Translations under genes and position numbers: made by a program | The notes under the pieces: generated by a model | What the model saw: the letters and a program-made list of their open reading frames with translations, nothing else | Told to the model about the DNA's origin: nothing | Database searches by the model: none | Assembly: GCF_001194135.2 (NCBI RefSeq) | Contig: NC_068986.1 | Coordinates: forward strand, 83,825,790-83,889,789 | DNA from: Octopus bimaculoides | Lineage: Eukaryota | Direction of reading: 5' to 3' | Length of the DNA stretch: 64,000 bases | Shown: piece after piece, positions 52,780 to 64,000 of the stretch | Layout of the letters: every line of letters starts with the position of its first letter | How positions within the stretch are numbered: the stretch's first letter is position 1

Positions 52780-54400
52780 ATTTTGCCCTTAATCCTATTT
52801 TCAGTACACTCCAACATTTTGTAGTTCCTTTTTACTTATATGGTGGGTCACTTGGTCAATACTGAAACCATGACAACATTCTCAGAGAAATGCTGGATAT
52901 CTACAAGGACCAACTGGCTGGTCAGTTCTGACGGACTTTTGATTCTTAGATTATGGATAATTTTCATAAATCCCTGTTCTGGTAGTCTAATAAGGAATTA
53001 ACAGTTTAAGACAAACTTTACAGACATATAAAGACAAGTTTAATATTTGGCTAAAAATGTTAGCACTATATAGAATAGGAATTCCTTCTTATGTCTCTAT
53101 CTGCAGAATTGTTAGCCATTTGCTCATGACAAGGTTGATGTTTATCATTAGTGCTACCTTACCCATGGCTAATGTTTCTAGAATCCACCTGTAGGGAAAC
53201 TCAAAAGCCTTCTCTGGTACTCAGCTCCTCATTCTCCTACAGTCTTTGGTTTTGGTTTTATTAATCAGTAATTTGCTCTTTACAACAACGTAAGCTATTG
53301 CCACACCTCTTCTGGAATTGGGTTGTTTTTTCCAGTTGTTTATCATTTGCAATATTATTCAAAGTCTATAAGTTGTAGAAAGGCATCTTACTGGTCCATA
53401 GCTTTATAGTGTTTGCTGTTTCTTTAGCCTTGGGTTAGGTAGTTTTATTCTTGTGTGAGCCAGTCTAGTGTTATATCCAGTTCTGTTAAACATTTTTCAA
53501 GCACCCTATGCATCCTTGCTAAATATCTTAACCAAAAGTTTGAGATCTTATGCTTTGGTACCATCCGGTTGTTTACTTATTGTAGCATCAAGGCTACTTC
53601 TTCTGTTGATATGTCCTTCTGTTTTACAAGTACTTTGTTCATTGTCTTAAACAATCTTGTCCTTTGTGATTCCTTTAATTTCCATATTCCACCGCAGATT
53701 TTTTCCACTTCTCTTGCTGTTGATGCTTCATTCATTTGTAATTTGTTCTTCAATGTTTTGATAAAATCATTTTGAGTTGGAGTCAACTGGGTTTGTATTA
53801 TTCAAACAACTGTTGTCGTTTTTCATACTGACAACACAATTTAGTTAAGATCTTTGTTTTAGGCCTTCTTTGATTTCTGATACTTCTTTTGATATATTAT
53901 ATCTATATACTATTTGCCTCTCATTTCCTTTTTCAGATGTGTTGTGTTGTTTCATTATTGATTTCATTAGTGGTTCAGAGATCCTTTCCTCTTATTTTCC
54001 TATACACTTCTTTTCAATGTTGCTTGCTTGGGATTTGCAATTCCTGTATGAGAAAATCTGAGTTAGTACCTACTTTCATTTGTAACTAGAGTTGCCACAT
54101 TATTTATTATTCATTTGACCTGGTGATATTGATATTCACGTCCATCTTCATTAAGCCTGTGATGGCCTGGATTGCACTTTGTATTATTGCTATACTTTCC
54201 TGTAGTTTTAGCCTTTAGGATGTACTTCCATTGATCTAAATTGTTTTTAATTCTTAAATATTGAGATGTTTGGGACTCCAGGGCATCCAATATTGAGATG
54301 TTCGGGACTTCTGTCTTTGAAATTTTCTGTTCTAAAACCTTCCTAATATTCCCATGTATATCTATTTTTGTTTGCATTCAAGTTTGATTTTTATTGACTT
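52780..54400 (-). pseudogene. Old non-LTR reverse transcriptase relic, probably R4/Dong-like
   Basis: Ordered minus-strand relics PVRCLSTTYRL (RPITCLPTTYKL), QKRCGNSLRCCKEQ (QKGC..S.GCKEQL), EKAFEFPYRWILETL (KKAFDSVPHSWI) and NLVMSKWLTIL. Heavily disrupted; the upstream boundary is approximate. Confidence 0.55.
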
Positions 54401-54966
54401 GGTTTTATTATTTTCTTTGTTTTGTGCTCATCACTTGTATTTTCATTATATAGTTTTTCTTTTAAGTGTTCTGTTTTGATTTCTGTTTTTTTTTAAAGTT
54501 AGTTTCACATTCTGGGTTCAAATCCAGCCAGGATTAACATTATTTGTTCTCCTTTTGGGATGTTTCATTTTATTCCTTTGAATACTATTGTGTTCCATAC
54601 TTCATCCACCCACCATAATCAACTCTGAAAAACAACCCCACCATTTTCATAATTTGCATGCCACCAGCAGTGTAATAAGACACTTGAGGCATCTCTGGCT
54701 ACCAAAAGTATTCTTTCTCTACTCTGCGCAGTATAATTTTTCAGACCCTGTATCACAGTTCCAACAGTATAAGTTCTGCAGCTTGATCTTTGTCCATTTC
54801 AGAAAGAGGACAGAGTATCTCAATACTGGCATTGTCCATGCTTTTGTGGCTTTTATGATGTTCCTTCCATTTAATTTAGTTTTGAGCACCTTTCTAATTC
54901 TCCATTTGTACTTTAGTGACTTTCTCTCTCATTTCTCTTTTCATTATTATTATTATCATTATTATT

Positions 54967-55770
54967 GGTCATGTGGTGAGAATGGATGAGGATAGCTGTG
55001 TGAAAAAGTGCCACACTCTAGTAAGACCTGGGATGAGGTGGTGAAGCACAACCTTCGAACATTAGGCCTCACCNNNNNNNNNNTGAAGCACAACCTTCGA
55101 ACATTAGGCCTCACCGAGGCAATGACTAGTGACCGAGACCTTTGGAAATATGCTGTGCTTGAGAAGACCCGGCAAGCCAAGTGAGACCATAGCCCGTGGC
55201 TTATACCAGGGGTGTAACTAGCCCACTTATGCATACATTTCCTTCATTGGACACCAAACTCTGCTTGCGAAGACCTGTTGAGGCAAGTGAAATCAAAATT
55301 GAAAACAAATTCAATGACAGCACCGCATGACTGGCATCTGTGCTAGTGGAGCACTAAGAACACCATCCAAGCGTGATCGTTGCCAGAGCAGCTGACTGGC
55401 TTCCGTGCCAGTGGTATGTAAAAGGCACCATTCGAGCGGGATTGTTATCAGTGTTGCCTTACTGGCACGTGAAAAATATTCAAGCGAAGTTCTTGCCAGT
55501 GCCGCTGGACTGGCTCATGTGCAGGTAGCACATGAAAACACCATTTGAGCATGGCTGTTGCCAGTACTACCTGACTGGCTCTTGTGTTAGTGGCACGTAA
55601 AAGCAACCACTACACTCTCGGAGTGGTTGGCGTTAGGAAGGGCATCCAGCTGTAGAAACTCTGCCAGATCAGATTGGAGCCTGGTGCAGCCATCTGGTTC
55701 GACAGTCTTCAGTCAAATCCTCCAATCCCATGCCAGCATGGAAAGCGGATGTTAAACGATGATGGTGATG
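54967..55770 (+). mobile_element. 5'-truncated RTE-clade LINE: ORF C-terminus, repeat-containing 3' UTR and (GAT)n tail
   Basis: GHVVRMDEDSCVKKCHTL, then after a deletion KTWDEVVKHNLRTLGLTEAMTSDRDLWKYAVLEKTRQAK*. The tail reads ggcgttaggaagggcatccagctgtagaaa...ccatgccagcatggaaagcggatgttaaacgatgatg. Confidence 0.88.
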
Positions 55771-56189
55771 TTCAGTAAATGTTAGTTTCAGGCAAATTTC
55801 TGCTGCATCACCTGCTATACCTGTGTTGGGGTGTGTACAGCATTGAGTTTCAGTTTCTGTTTCAGTTTTAGATATAGTGCAGTCTTTTGTTGTATTTGTG
55901 TTTGTATTATGTGTTGTGCATGTAATGCATTGGGTACCCAGCTTTCTAGTGGTAGTTTATTTCATTGGATATTTGCTGTTTAGAGTGTGTTTTGTGCTTG
56001 TGGTTGTTTTATTTAGTTTGTATTATTGAATTGATAGGATGTGGGCTGTTCCTAGCATGGTTAATTTTTTGGATAGTGTGTAGTGTCAGGTATAATTTCT
56101 ATGTTTTTGTTCATATGTTTTTGAATCATGCTCAATGTTCCAATTATTACTGGTATTGTTTTCACCTTCATGCTCCACATCTTGAATAC

Positions 56190-56411
56190 TTCAAGATGTA
56201 GCTGATTACTACCTGTAACCTTAGGTATCCAAAAGTTTTCAGCATTCTTTCAAGTGCTTAGAACCCTTCTGATAATCCTTGCTGTCCCTGAGAGACACAC
56301 TTTCTGTAGGAGATCCACTGAGCATTCTATTTCAATCTGCTTCAGCCATTTGCTTACTGTTCCCAATGCACCAATTATCATAGGCACAACATTTACTGTT
56401 CTCATTCTCCA
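56190..56411 (-). mobile_element. R4/Dong-like 3' fragment
   Basis: Minus strand WRMRTVNVVPMIIGALGTVSKWLKQIEIECSVDLLQKVCLSGTARIIRRVLST*. Confidence 0.8.
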
Positions 56412-56422
56412 ATGTTATTATT

Positions 56423-56815
56423 AAGGCAGTTAGCTGGCAGAATCATTAGCACACTGGACAAAATGTATAGCAGCATTTCATTCATATTTTGAGTTCAAAT
56501 GAAGCTGAGGTCAACTTTACCTTCCATCCTTTTGGTGTCAATAAATTAAGTACCAGTCAAGCACTGGAGTCAATACAACTAACTATCCCCATTGCTCAAA
56601 ATTTCAGAACTTGTGTCTATAATAAGAGGGATTCCAGCACACCAGGCAAAATGCTGCTAAGCATTTTGTTCTGAGTTCAAATTCTGCTGAGGCCAACTCT
56701 GCCTGTCATCCTTTCAGGGTCAATAAAATGAGTACCAGTTGAGCTCTGGGGTCAATGTAATCAACTTACCTCCACCCCCAAAATTGCTGGCTTTGTGCCA
56801 AAATTTGAAACTATT
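56423..56815 (+). mobile_element. Two tandem SINE family B copies followed by (ATT)n(CAT)n
   Basis: aaggcagttagctggcagaatcattagc...gagttcaaat...cttccatccttttgg..aataaattaagtaccag. A second core lies at 56680-56760. Confidence 0.82.
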
Positions 56816-56834
56816 ATTATTATTATCATCATCA

Positions 56835-56930
<96 letters not shown>

Positions 56931-57536
56931 AAAAATTATAGTGTTTTTTAGTTTTGCAATGTGTGTGTGCATGTGCGCACATGTGCATACACACACACAG
57001 CCTTCTATTTCTTTTCTCTAAATCAAATCTGCCTCCACTGTTTCATTGCCCAACATCTTTACTACCACACACAAATCTCTCTCCCTCTGCCATTCTTCCT
57101 ATCATTTTGTTACTTTCTATATACTTGTTATTTAATCACATTGCCTCTCTAATTCCTCCTGGCTATTGTGAGCTTTATCTTCTTTCTGAACTGTGTTTTT
57201 TTCTCCCCTTCCTCTTTTCTTTTTTCCATTTCTCTCTTTATTTTACTCTCATTGCTTGACAGATTGTCTCACAATCTACCTATACCTATTCCTACTCTGT
57301 CATTCTCCCTCTATCCATTTTTCTAATCTATATATAACACACACACATACATTTTTTCCCCCAAATGTCTTTGTTCTTGCTTTATTCTTTTTCTGTAAAT
57401 AAATGGATATGTATGTTAGAGACTGACTTGAGATTTGGTTTCTATATTTAATACACTTATTTCAGACAACACTTCCTTTCTTTTTCACTAATAAGTCTTT
57501 CCAATTATAATTGTAATCTTCTTTACTATTTGTCAG

Positions 57537-57709
57537 TATTGATTGCGTTGGAATTTTGAAGTTGAGAAATGCTGATGTCGAACAAAGAATTGGTGTGGCT
57601 AAGACTAAGAAGCGAAGCACTCGCGCTCGAATGGTATTCAGAACAATTTTTACAAGATCTGATGGTGTGCAACAGATACTTCAAGTCACCTCTTCCCCTA
57701 TTGTTTGCA
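57537..57709 (+). CDS. NFAT5: NFAT5 RHD exon, end of RHD-N
   Basis: Encodes [71 protein letters not shown] is NFAT5-typical. Acceptor tgtcag|, donor a|gtaagt, phase 2-1. Confidence 0.97.
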
Positions 57710-57859
57710 GTAAGTTTTTTTTTTCTTTTACCATTCACAGAATCAAGTCTTTCTTTCTAGCTTGAAGGACTCTAAGCTGTTTCCCTACCACCTGCTGCAC
57801 AGATAGAGCTGGTTTGTGATTGATTCAAATCTCATTTAGTCATATCACTTTAGTTTCAA

Positions 57860-57898
<39 letters not shown>

Positions 57899-58163
57899 TT
57901 CTCTCTCTCTCTTTCTCTCTCTCTCTTTCTCTCTCTCTCTTTCTCTCTCTCTNNNNNNNNNNNNNNNNNNNNNNNNNNNNNNNNNNNNNNNNNNNNNNNN
58001 NNNNNNNNNNNNNNNNNNNNNNNNNNNNNNNNNNNNNNNNNNNNNNNNNNNNNNNNNNNNNNNNNNNNNNNNNNNNNNNNNNNNNNNNNNNNNNNNNNNN
58101 NNNNNNNNNNNNNNNNNNNNNNNNNNNNNNNNNNNNNNNNNNNNNNNNNNNNNNNNNNNNNNN

Positions 58164-58237
<74 letters not shown>

Positions 58238-58874
58238 ACTCACTCTCTCCTTTTTCTATGTTAAACATACTCCATCTCCCATGTCTCTGTTATCTTGGTT
58301 TATTTTTCTGTGCCCCCTCCTAATTACTTCTGTCTCAATGCAGCCCACCACTTTTGAAATCTCCTCTTACTACTTCTATCTTTCTCAATAGCTCTCTTAA
58401 TACTCACCTTCACATTTCTTTTCCATGCTAGCATGGAAGACAGATGTTAAACAATGATGATGATGACTCCTCTCTTCCTTTCTCAACACTCCATTCTTAT
58501 ATTTAGGCTAACCTGCAGGTTATATCAAAGCAACAAGTTCAGTTGGCCAGAGTTTTTGCAATATCAAAGACCTGACACAAGAGTACACATACATGTATTT
58601 AATACACTGATTTATATTGTATTCATGAGCAAATTCTTGCTTATCAAGTAGACAATCATTTCTTGTTTGGAGGATTTTTTTTAGTGTGTGTAGTGGTTTG
58701 TACACTGCTTTAAGTGTTTTTTTATTGCTGTTATATAGGGAGTAATGTTTGCTTGTTATAGGGTCAACAGATGTTCAAATTTTTTAAATATGTTAAATAA
58801 AAGGTAAATGTTTGAAAATCAACCAAGCATTTGCAATCTTTATTATTCCTCTCTTTCTTTTACAACTACTTCAG

Positions 58875-59065
58875 CCCAACCAGTTGGACAGCCTGAAGTG
58901 TCACGACTGAGTTTAACATCATGTACTGTGAAAGGTGGAAAAGACTTGTTTATAATTGGGAAGAATTTTATGAAAGGAACCAAGGTTTACTTTCGTGAAA
59001 CAGTCGATGAAAGCAAAGTCATATGGGAGAAAGAAGCAGAAATAGAGAAAGATTATTTTCAACCT
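58875..59065 (+). CDS. NFAT5: NFAT5 exon, start of the IPT/RHD-C dimerisation domain
   Basis: Encodes (T)QPVGQPEVSRLSLTSCTVKGGKDLFIIGKNFMKGTKVYFRETVDESKVIWEKEAEIEKDYFQP. Acceptor ttcag|, donor cct|gtaagt. No further exon was recognised before 64000. Confidence 0.96.
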
Positions 59066-60216
59066 GTAAGTTTCTAATTTCAATTATATATTTATCTTCA
59101 AGTTTTCATTTTTGACTTTTAATATAATACTTTTTCATTCTGAATAACATATGCTTAACTTTTTATTTGTTTTACTATTTTATCTATATGTCTTGATAAT
59201 AGAATTTATAATCTATATAGAATTAATTTTTGGTATTGGAAATAGTATTAAGAATAATAATGATAACTGATTATAATTTTTTGTTTTTAATTCGTTTATT
59301 CTTTTTCCTTTTGGTTCTCTTTATGAAAAGGATTTCCAACAAGTAATGTAAGTTCTTAGAAGATGAAACACCATTCTCATTTCCAGAACTTTTTTATATA
59401 TCTAAAGTGATGTCCTATTTATTAGTATTTTGATCCTAAAGAACCCTTTTTGAAACACTCATGTAAAGATTTTAATAAGTATTGCAATCTTAAAGAAACT
59501 TGTGCATTACAAAAAGCTCCAATTGTTTACAATAATAAATGCTACCATATTCCCTCTTTGCAGCTAAGTATCTTGACTATAAACACACTGCAATTCCATG
59601 GACAGAGAAATCAACCCAACCCATTAACTAGATGATCAGCTGTAGCTGATGTGCTTTGCATAAGGAACTTTAAAATTAAAAATTTATATTATTTTATATT
59701 TTATTGGACAAGAATTAGTTATATAATTGTTTTTAAAGGAGACAGAATGTGTGTTTATGCATGTATACATACATGCATGCATGAAAGTATGTATGTTTGT
59801 ATGTATGTACGTATGTATGCATGCATGTATGCATGCACACATGCATACACACACACTCTGTCTTCTTTTATCTTCATGTAATTTCCTTTGTGGATTTTTG
59901 TTTATAATGAAAATGTTAGTCATAGTGGTATATGAATTCCATTTTCATACAATACATAGTCTGCCCATCCTGATTTTTTATATATATATGACATAGTCAG
60001 ATTAGGAAGGATAGCATCTTCTCAGCTTGGTCCTTGCAATAGGGTAGGATCACAATGGGGTTTGGTCTTACCTTTACCATAACAGTTTGGTTGAATACAG
60101 TTGTTAGGTTTTGCAGTGGGTATTTATATTTCTACAATGCCACCTTTTGAGATGGTGTATTTCTTATTCAATAGCATTGTTATTGGAGCAGACAGTTTTA
60201 GTCTGATGATGTTTGT

Positions 60217-60251
<35 letters not shown>

Positions 60252-60252
<1 letters not shown>

Positions 60253-61487
60253 TGGGTTATCCCATAAATAATGTGGTATTTTCAATTGTATGAACTAAAA
60301 GTTGGAGTTGGATGGGATAAACTACCTGCATCAACTTGCTTTAAAAACAGGTAGTAGTTTTACCTTGTCCTTATTCTTAGTGCAAGTTTTGAAGAGTGCA
60401 GTTCGATTTTAGCAGTTATTTTTGCAAAGCTATAATGGATATAACAAAAGAGCATATTCAGCACATTTTGCTTTATTAGTTCAATAAAGGCAACAACACA
60501 ACAGAAAGTGCAAGGAATATTAATGCAGTATATGGAGATCAGACAATAAACATAAGCCAGTGTCAACGGTGGTTCCAGAAATTCCAAGCCAGAAACTACA
60601 GCCTGGAAGATGTGCCTTGCCCTGGAAGATCTGTAGAACTTGACAATGATGTCCTGCAAACCCTGGTGGAACAAAATCCCGTCGTAACTGTTGAGGAACT
60701 AGCAGAGAAGCTTGGATTTAGTCATTCAACCATTCATCGACACCTGCATGCCATTGGAAAAGTTTGCAAATTAGGTCAGTGGGTTCCTCACAAACTTTCT
60801 GAGTCTAATCACTTGCAGAGAGTGAATGTGTGCTCTTCTTTGCTGTCACCTCTCACAAATGAACCTTTTTTGGACCAAATAGCGACTGGTGACGAGAAAT
60901 GGGTTCTCTATAAAAATGTCAAGCACCAAAGACAGTGGGTAGGGAAAGGAGAAACACCAGCACCCCAGGGTTAAAGAAGGTCTTCACCCACATAAGGTGT
61001 TATTATCTGATTGGTGGGATATGAAATGTTTAGTCCATTTAGAACTTTTAAACCCAAACCAAATGATAACAAAGAAGATCTACTGTGAGCAGCTTGTGCG
61101 GCTTAAGTAAGCACTAGAAGAAAAACAACTGTCTTTGGTTTCAAGACGAAAGGTGTTCTTCCATCAGGATAATTCTTGGCCACATACAGCAAGGATGACA
61201 TTCCAAAAGCTGGAACAGTTTGAATGGGAAACGATGCCCCACCCACCATATTAACTGGACATTGTCTCATCTGATTATCATTTATTCTGCAATCTTGAAA
61301 ACCATTTGAGCTGAAAAAATATGAATTCTGTAGATGATGTCAGAATAGTACTGGAGGAATATTTTTCATCACGACAAGTGAATTTTGGAAGAGGGGCCTT
61401 GCAAATCTACCAGATAGATGAAAGAGAGTATATTTTAGAAAAATAAAAGAAGTATAAAAAGACCTCATTATTTATGGGATGAACCAA
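60252..61487 (+). mobile_element. Full-length mariner element (DD34D), 1236 bp
   Basis: TA-flanked TIRs ttgggttatcccataaataatg and cattatttatgggatgaaccaa. Confidence 0.93.
60435..61420 (+). pseudogene. Mariner transposase with stops and frameshifts
   Basis: Motifs QCQRWFQKF, WVPHKL, TGDEKW, HQDNSWPH and HPPY*LDIVSSDYHLF. There are 34 residues between the second and third Asp. Confidence 0.92.
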
Positions 61488-64000
61488 TATTTATACACTG
61501 TAAGGTATAATATATACACAATGTAAGTGGGATTCATTATTTAGGTGATTCTAGAGATTCACTTTTAATACACAGGTGCTATTATGCCTGCCTTTGTACT
61601 CTTTAACAGTACATTTACAGCTAATCATAGATAATTAATATTATTGTTATTGTTGTTTGCTGTGGGCATCTTTCTTTACAGAGCTCTATTTAGGTGATTT
61701 CTTCCAAATTACATAATGGAAACATATTCTTTCTTTTTTTCAACAACAAAGAGCATTGCAATATTTAAACATCCACTCCATTACCTGGGTTGTAAAAGGA
61801 GGTTTGTTTCTAGATATCTTATTGTAAATATCTATTTTTGCAAACATCCATTTTGTTTTATTCACTAATGGTTTAGTATGGCTTCCACTGTGGCAACAAA
61901 GAAGAGATCTTAACCACAATGGTGGTAGCAATAAATATAACCTCCCCTCTCCCTATTGAAGAAAGAAAAACAGAAAAAAAAACTGTCAGTCAAACACTGT
62001 TAATAAGCACAAACAACTACAATTTGAAGAGCACAAAAGAAAAAGTGGTGAAAATACAAATTTGAACTACATTGAAAAGCAACAATATATCTATTGCTAG
62101 CCTTGCATCTGTTTTCAAAAAAATTAAGAGCAATTCCATATACCCTTGAAAGAGAAGCTGGAGGGAATTATGGATCTGTGTATGATAGGATATATGCTCC
62201 CTCAACAGGAGCAGGAAGTGCATGCCTATTATTTTAACACTGAAGATGAAGCAAGAAGGCAGGCATGACTCAGGCACTTTATTCCTGCAGAGACTCCAAG
62301 CAGCTGTTCTCCTTCACCATCTTGCAGCTATGGTGAGAAGATGGAATCTGAAGAAATGTAAGGGAAACCATCAGGGAAGTAAAAGAAGCAAGACCACCAG
62401 AATCAAAAAAAGAATAAGCCCAAACTAAAGGCAAGTAGGATACTCAAAGTCTCTCGTGAAAAGCCCCAGTCCCTTTTCCTGGGGAACTTGGACTTTATAG
62501 CTCTCCAAACTGAAAACCTGGACCTAATGAATCTGCCAAGGAAGAAGCTAAGAAACAAGAGAAATGTTAATGCTTGTTGAGGAAGAAATAGGGGATAAGT
62601 ATGTATATCTGATCACAAACTGGTAGAAGGTTGGTGAAAAGCCTCTGAACAATCTAGCAAGAACTGTAGAGTACCACTTTAAGGATGTAATAAACTGTAT
62701 AGTTTTGCTAACATCAAAGATGTTCTTAGGCAGATTCACAGAACCTAAGTTACAGACTTGTTGAAATTACAATGTTTCTTAATCCTACCTAAATGGCTGC
62801 TTCCCACACATTTCCGGATGGGCCACCTCTATTGTTTTGTATACTAAATTTTTACCCTGTTTTAAAATATCATATTCCCAACTTCTTGTTTATTATATAC
62901 GTGTACAGCTCCACATGTTTTGTATGATACATTTTGTATTTTATGTATGGTTCGTTGAGGCCAGTGAGAAAAGGATTAGGATGATTTTGAACAATTTAAA
63001 CTATTCTTACAATAAAAACAACATTGATTATGATGATATATACACACACACTATACATTTTACCAAGCAAAGGGATCCCTGAAGAGTTGAATTGAGAAAC
63101 AAGGGAAACATTTGCAGCCTTCCATATTTAACTGGTGCTACCACCAACAGATTAACCCGAGATATGAATTATCTGGTGGAATAGAAGTTTGCCTTGCAGA
63201 GTTGTGTGGCAAGGTATGGTGCATCCATGCTTATGTCTGTCATCAAATAGCACAGAAATTAGAAAATAACTTCTCTGCATCTCAGAAGACATTGTTTTTG
63301 CTCATGCTTCTGAAAAAATAATTGCAGGCAATACTGCTTAATGTGTGGAATAACATATCTTCCACATAGCCAAGGAAGACATTATGGAATGAAATACATG
63401 ATATTCAAAATGGAGTGTAAGGCAATGTATATATGTGTGTGTGTGTGTGTGTGTGTACACAATACACCGGCCTAGAAACTAGTGAGGCATTATACGAATC
63501 ACCGTTAAAGGATATTACTGAAAATGACTGTAGAAAACCATGTAGCAGTTGTGGAGCTGTGAACCATCATGGGTGCAGAAAGAATAGTCATGAGACAGAC
63601 AGTGCAAAGCCTGAAAACCAGTTGTTACACATATAGCAATAACCACTTGAGTGCTTTCTGCCATGAGTAACTAGAGAAGTATAAGAAATGAAATCAGTAG
63701 AACCAACAATAGCTGGTTCCAGTGACTGCTATTAACCAAATGACCACCAGTTGCACCTTCAGTATACCTCCAAGAACCGAAAGTAGAATACTAGTCACAA
63801 CCAGTTGTGTCCTGTTCTCTTTCCTCCATCAATGAAGTCGATAGGAAGATCAAGTAGAGATGGCAAATTGTTGGTTCACTTCAGTCATTGAAGAAATCAA
63901 AACTAAGAAACCCACCTCTCCATCAGAAACCATGAAGTTCACAGTACTGAGGACATTTAAAAAGGACTTGATGAACTTTTTAATCAAATTGCAAGAGAAA

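Noticed and set aside
54255-54307. Tandem duplication of about 21 bp (aatattgagatgtt(t/c)gggact)
   Set aside because: A small local slippage event inside a decayed LINE, with no further significance.
55042-55115. 32-bp direct duplication around a 10-N gap
   Set aside because: Identical sequence on both sides of a nominal gap is a contig-overlap artefact, and removing it restores the RTE frame.
39620-59077. ORF-track starts at 39620, 51268, 52373, 57556 and 58808 as separate genes
   Set aside because: They are intron read-through or internal codons of NFAT5 exons. The true borders are set by splice sites and phase.

Overview
AT-rich, microsatellite- and transposon-dense animal genomic DNA with six N-gaps. 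The repeat families suggest an octopus (inference from remembered SINE/LINE sequence, not a search). One protein-coding gene is supported: NFAT5 (TonEBP) on the + strand. Six exons splice in frame with GT-AG borders and matching phases (39375-39452, 39639-40425, 51303-51540, 52313-52503, 57537-57709, 58875-59065). A probable 48-nt ATG-containing exon lies 18.5 kb upstream (20831-20878), and the gene continues past the window end. The rest is probably intronic. It holds a DD34E Tc1, a DD34D mariner, a mariner derivative built from two left ends, a pogo-like MITE, a decayed Penelope-like element, RTE and R4/Dong-type LINE fragments, and at least three tRNA-derived SINE families. I did not find a demonstrably new biological system. 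The best leads are four long inverted repeats that could form dsRNA in the NFAT5 pre-mRNA, polarised SINE/Dong pile-ups in (AAT)n tracts, a SINE with swapped 3' tails, hammerhead-like relics and the hidden N-terminal exon.
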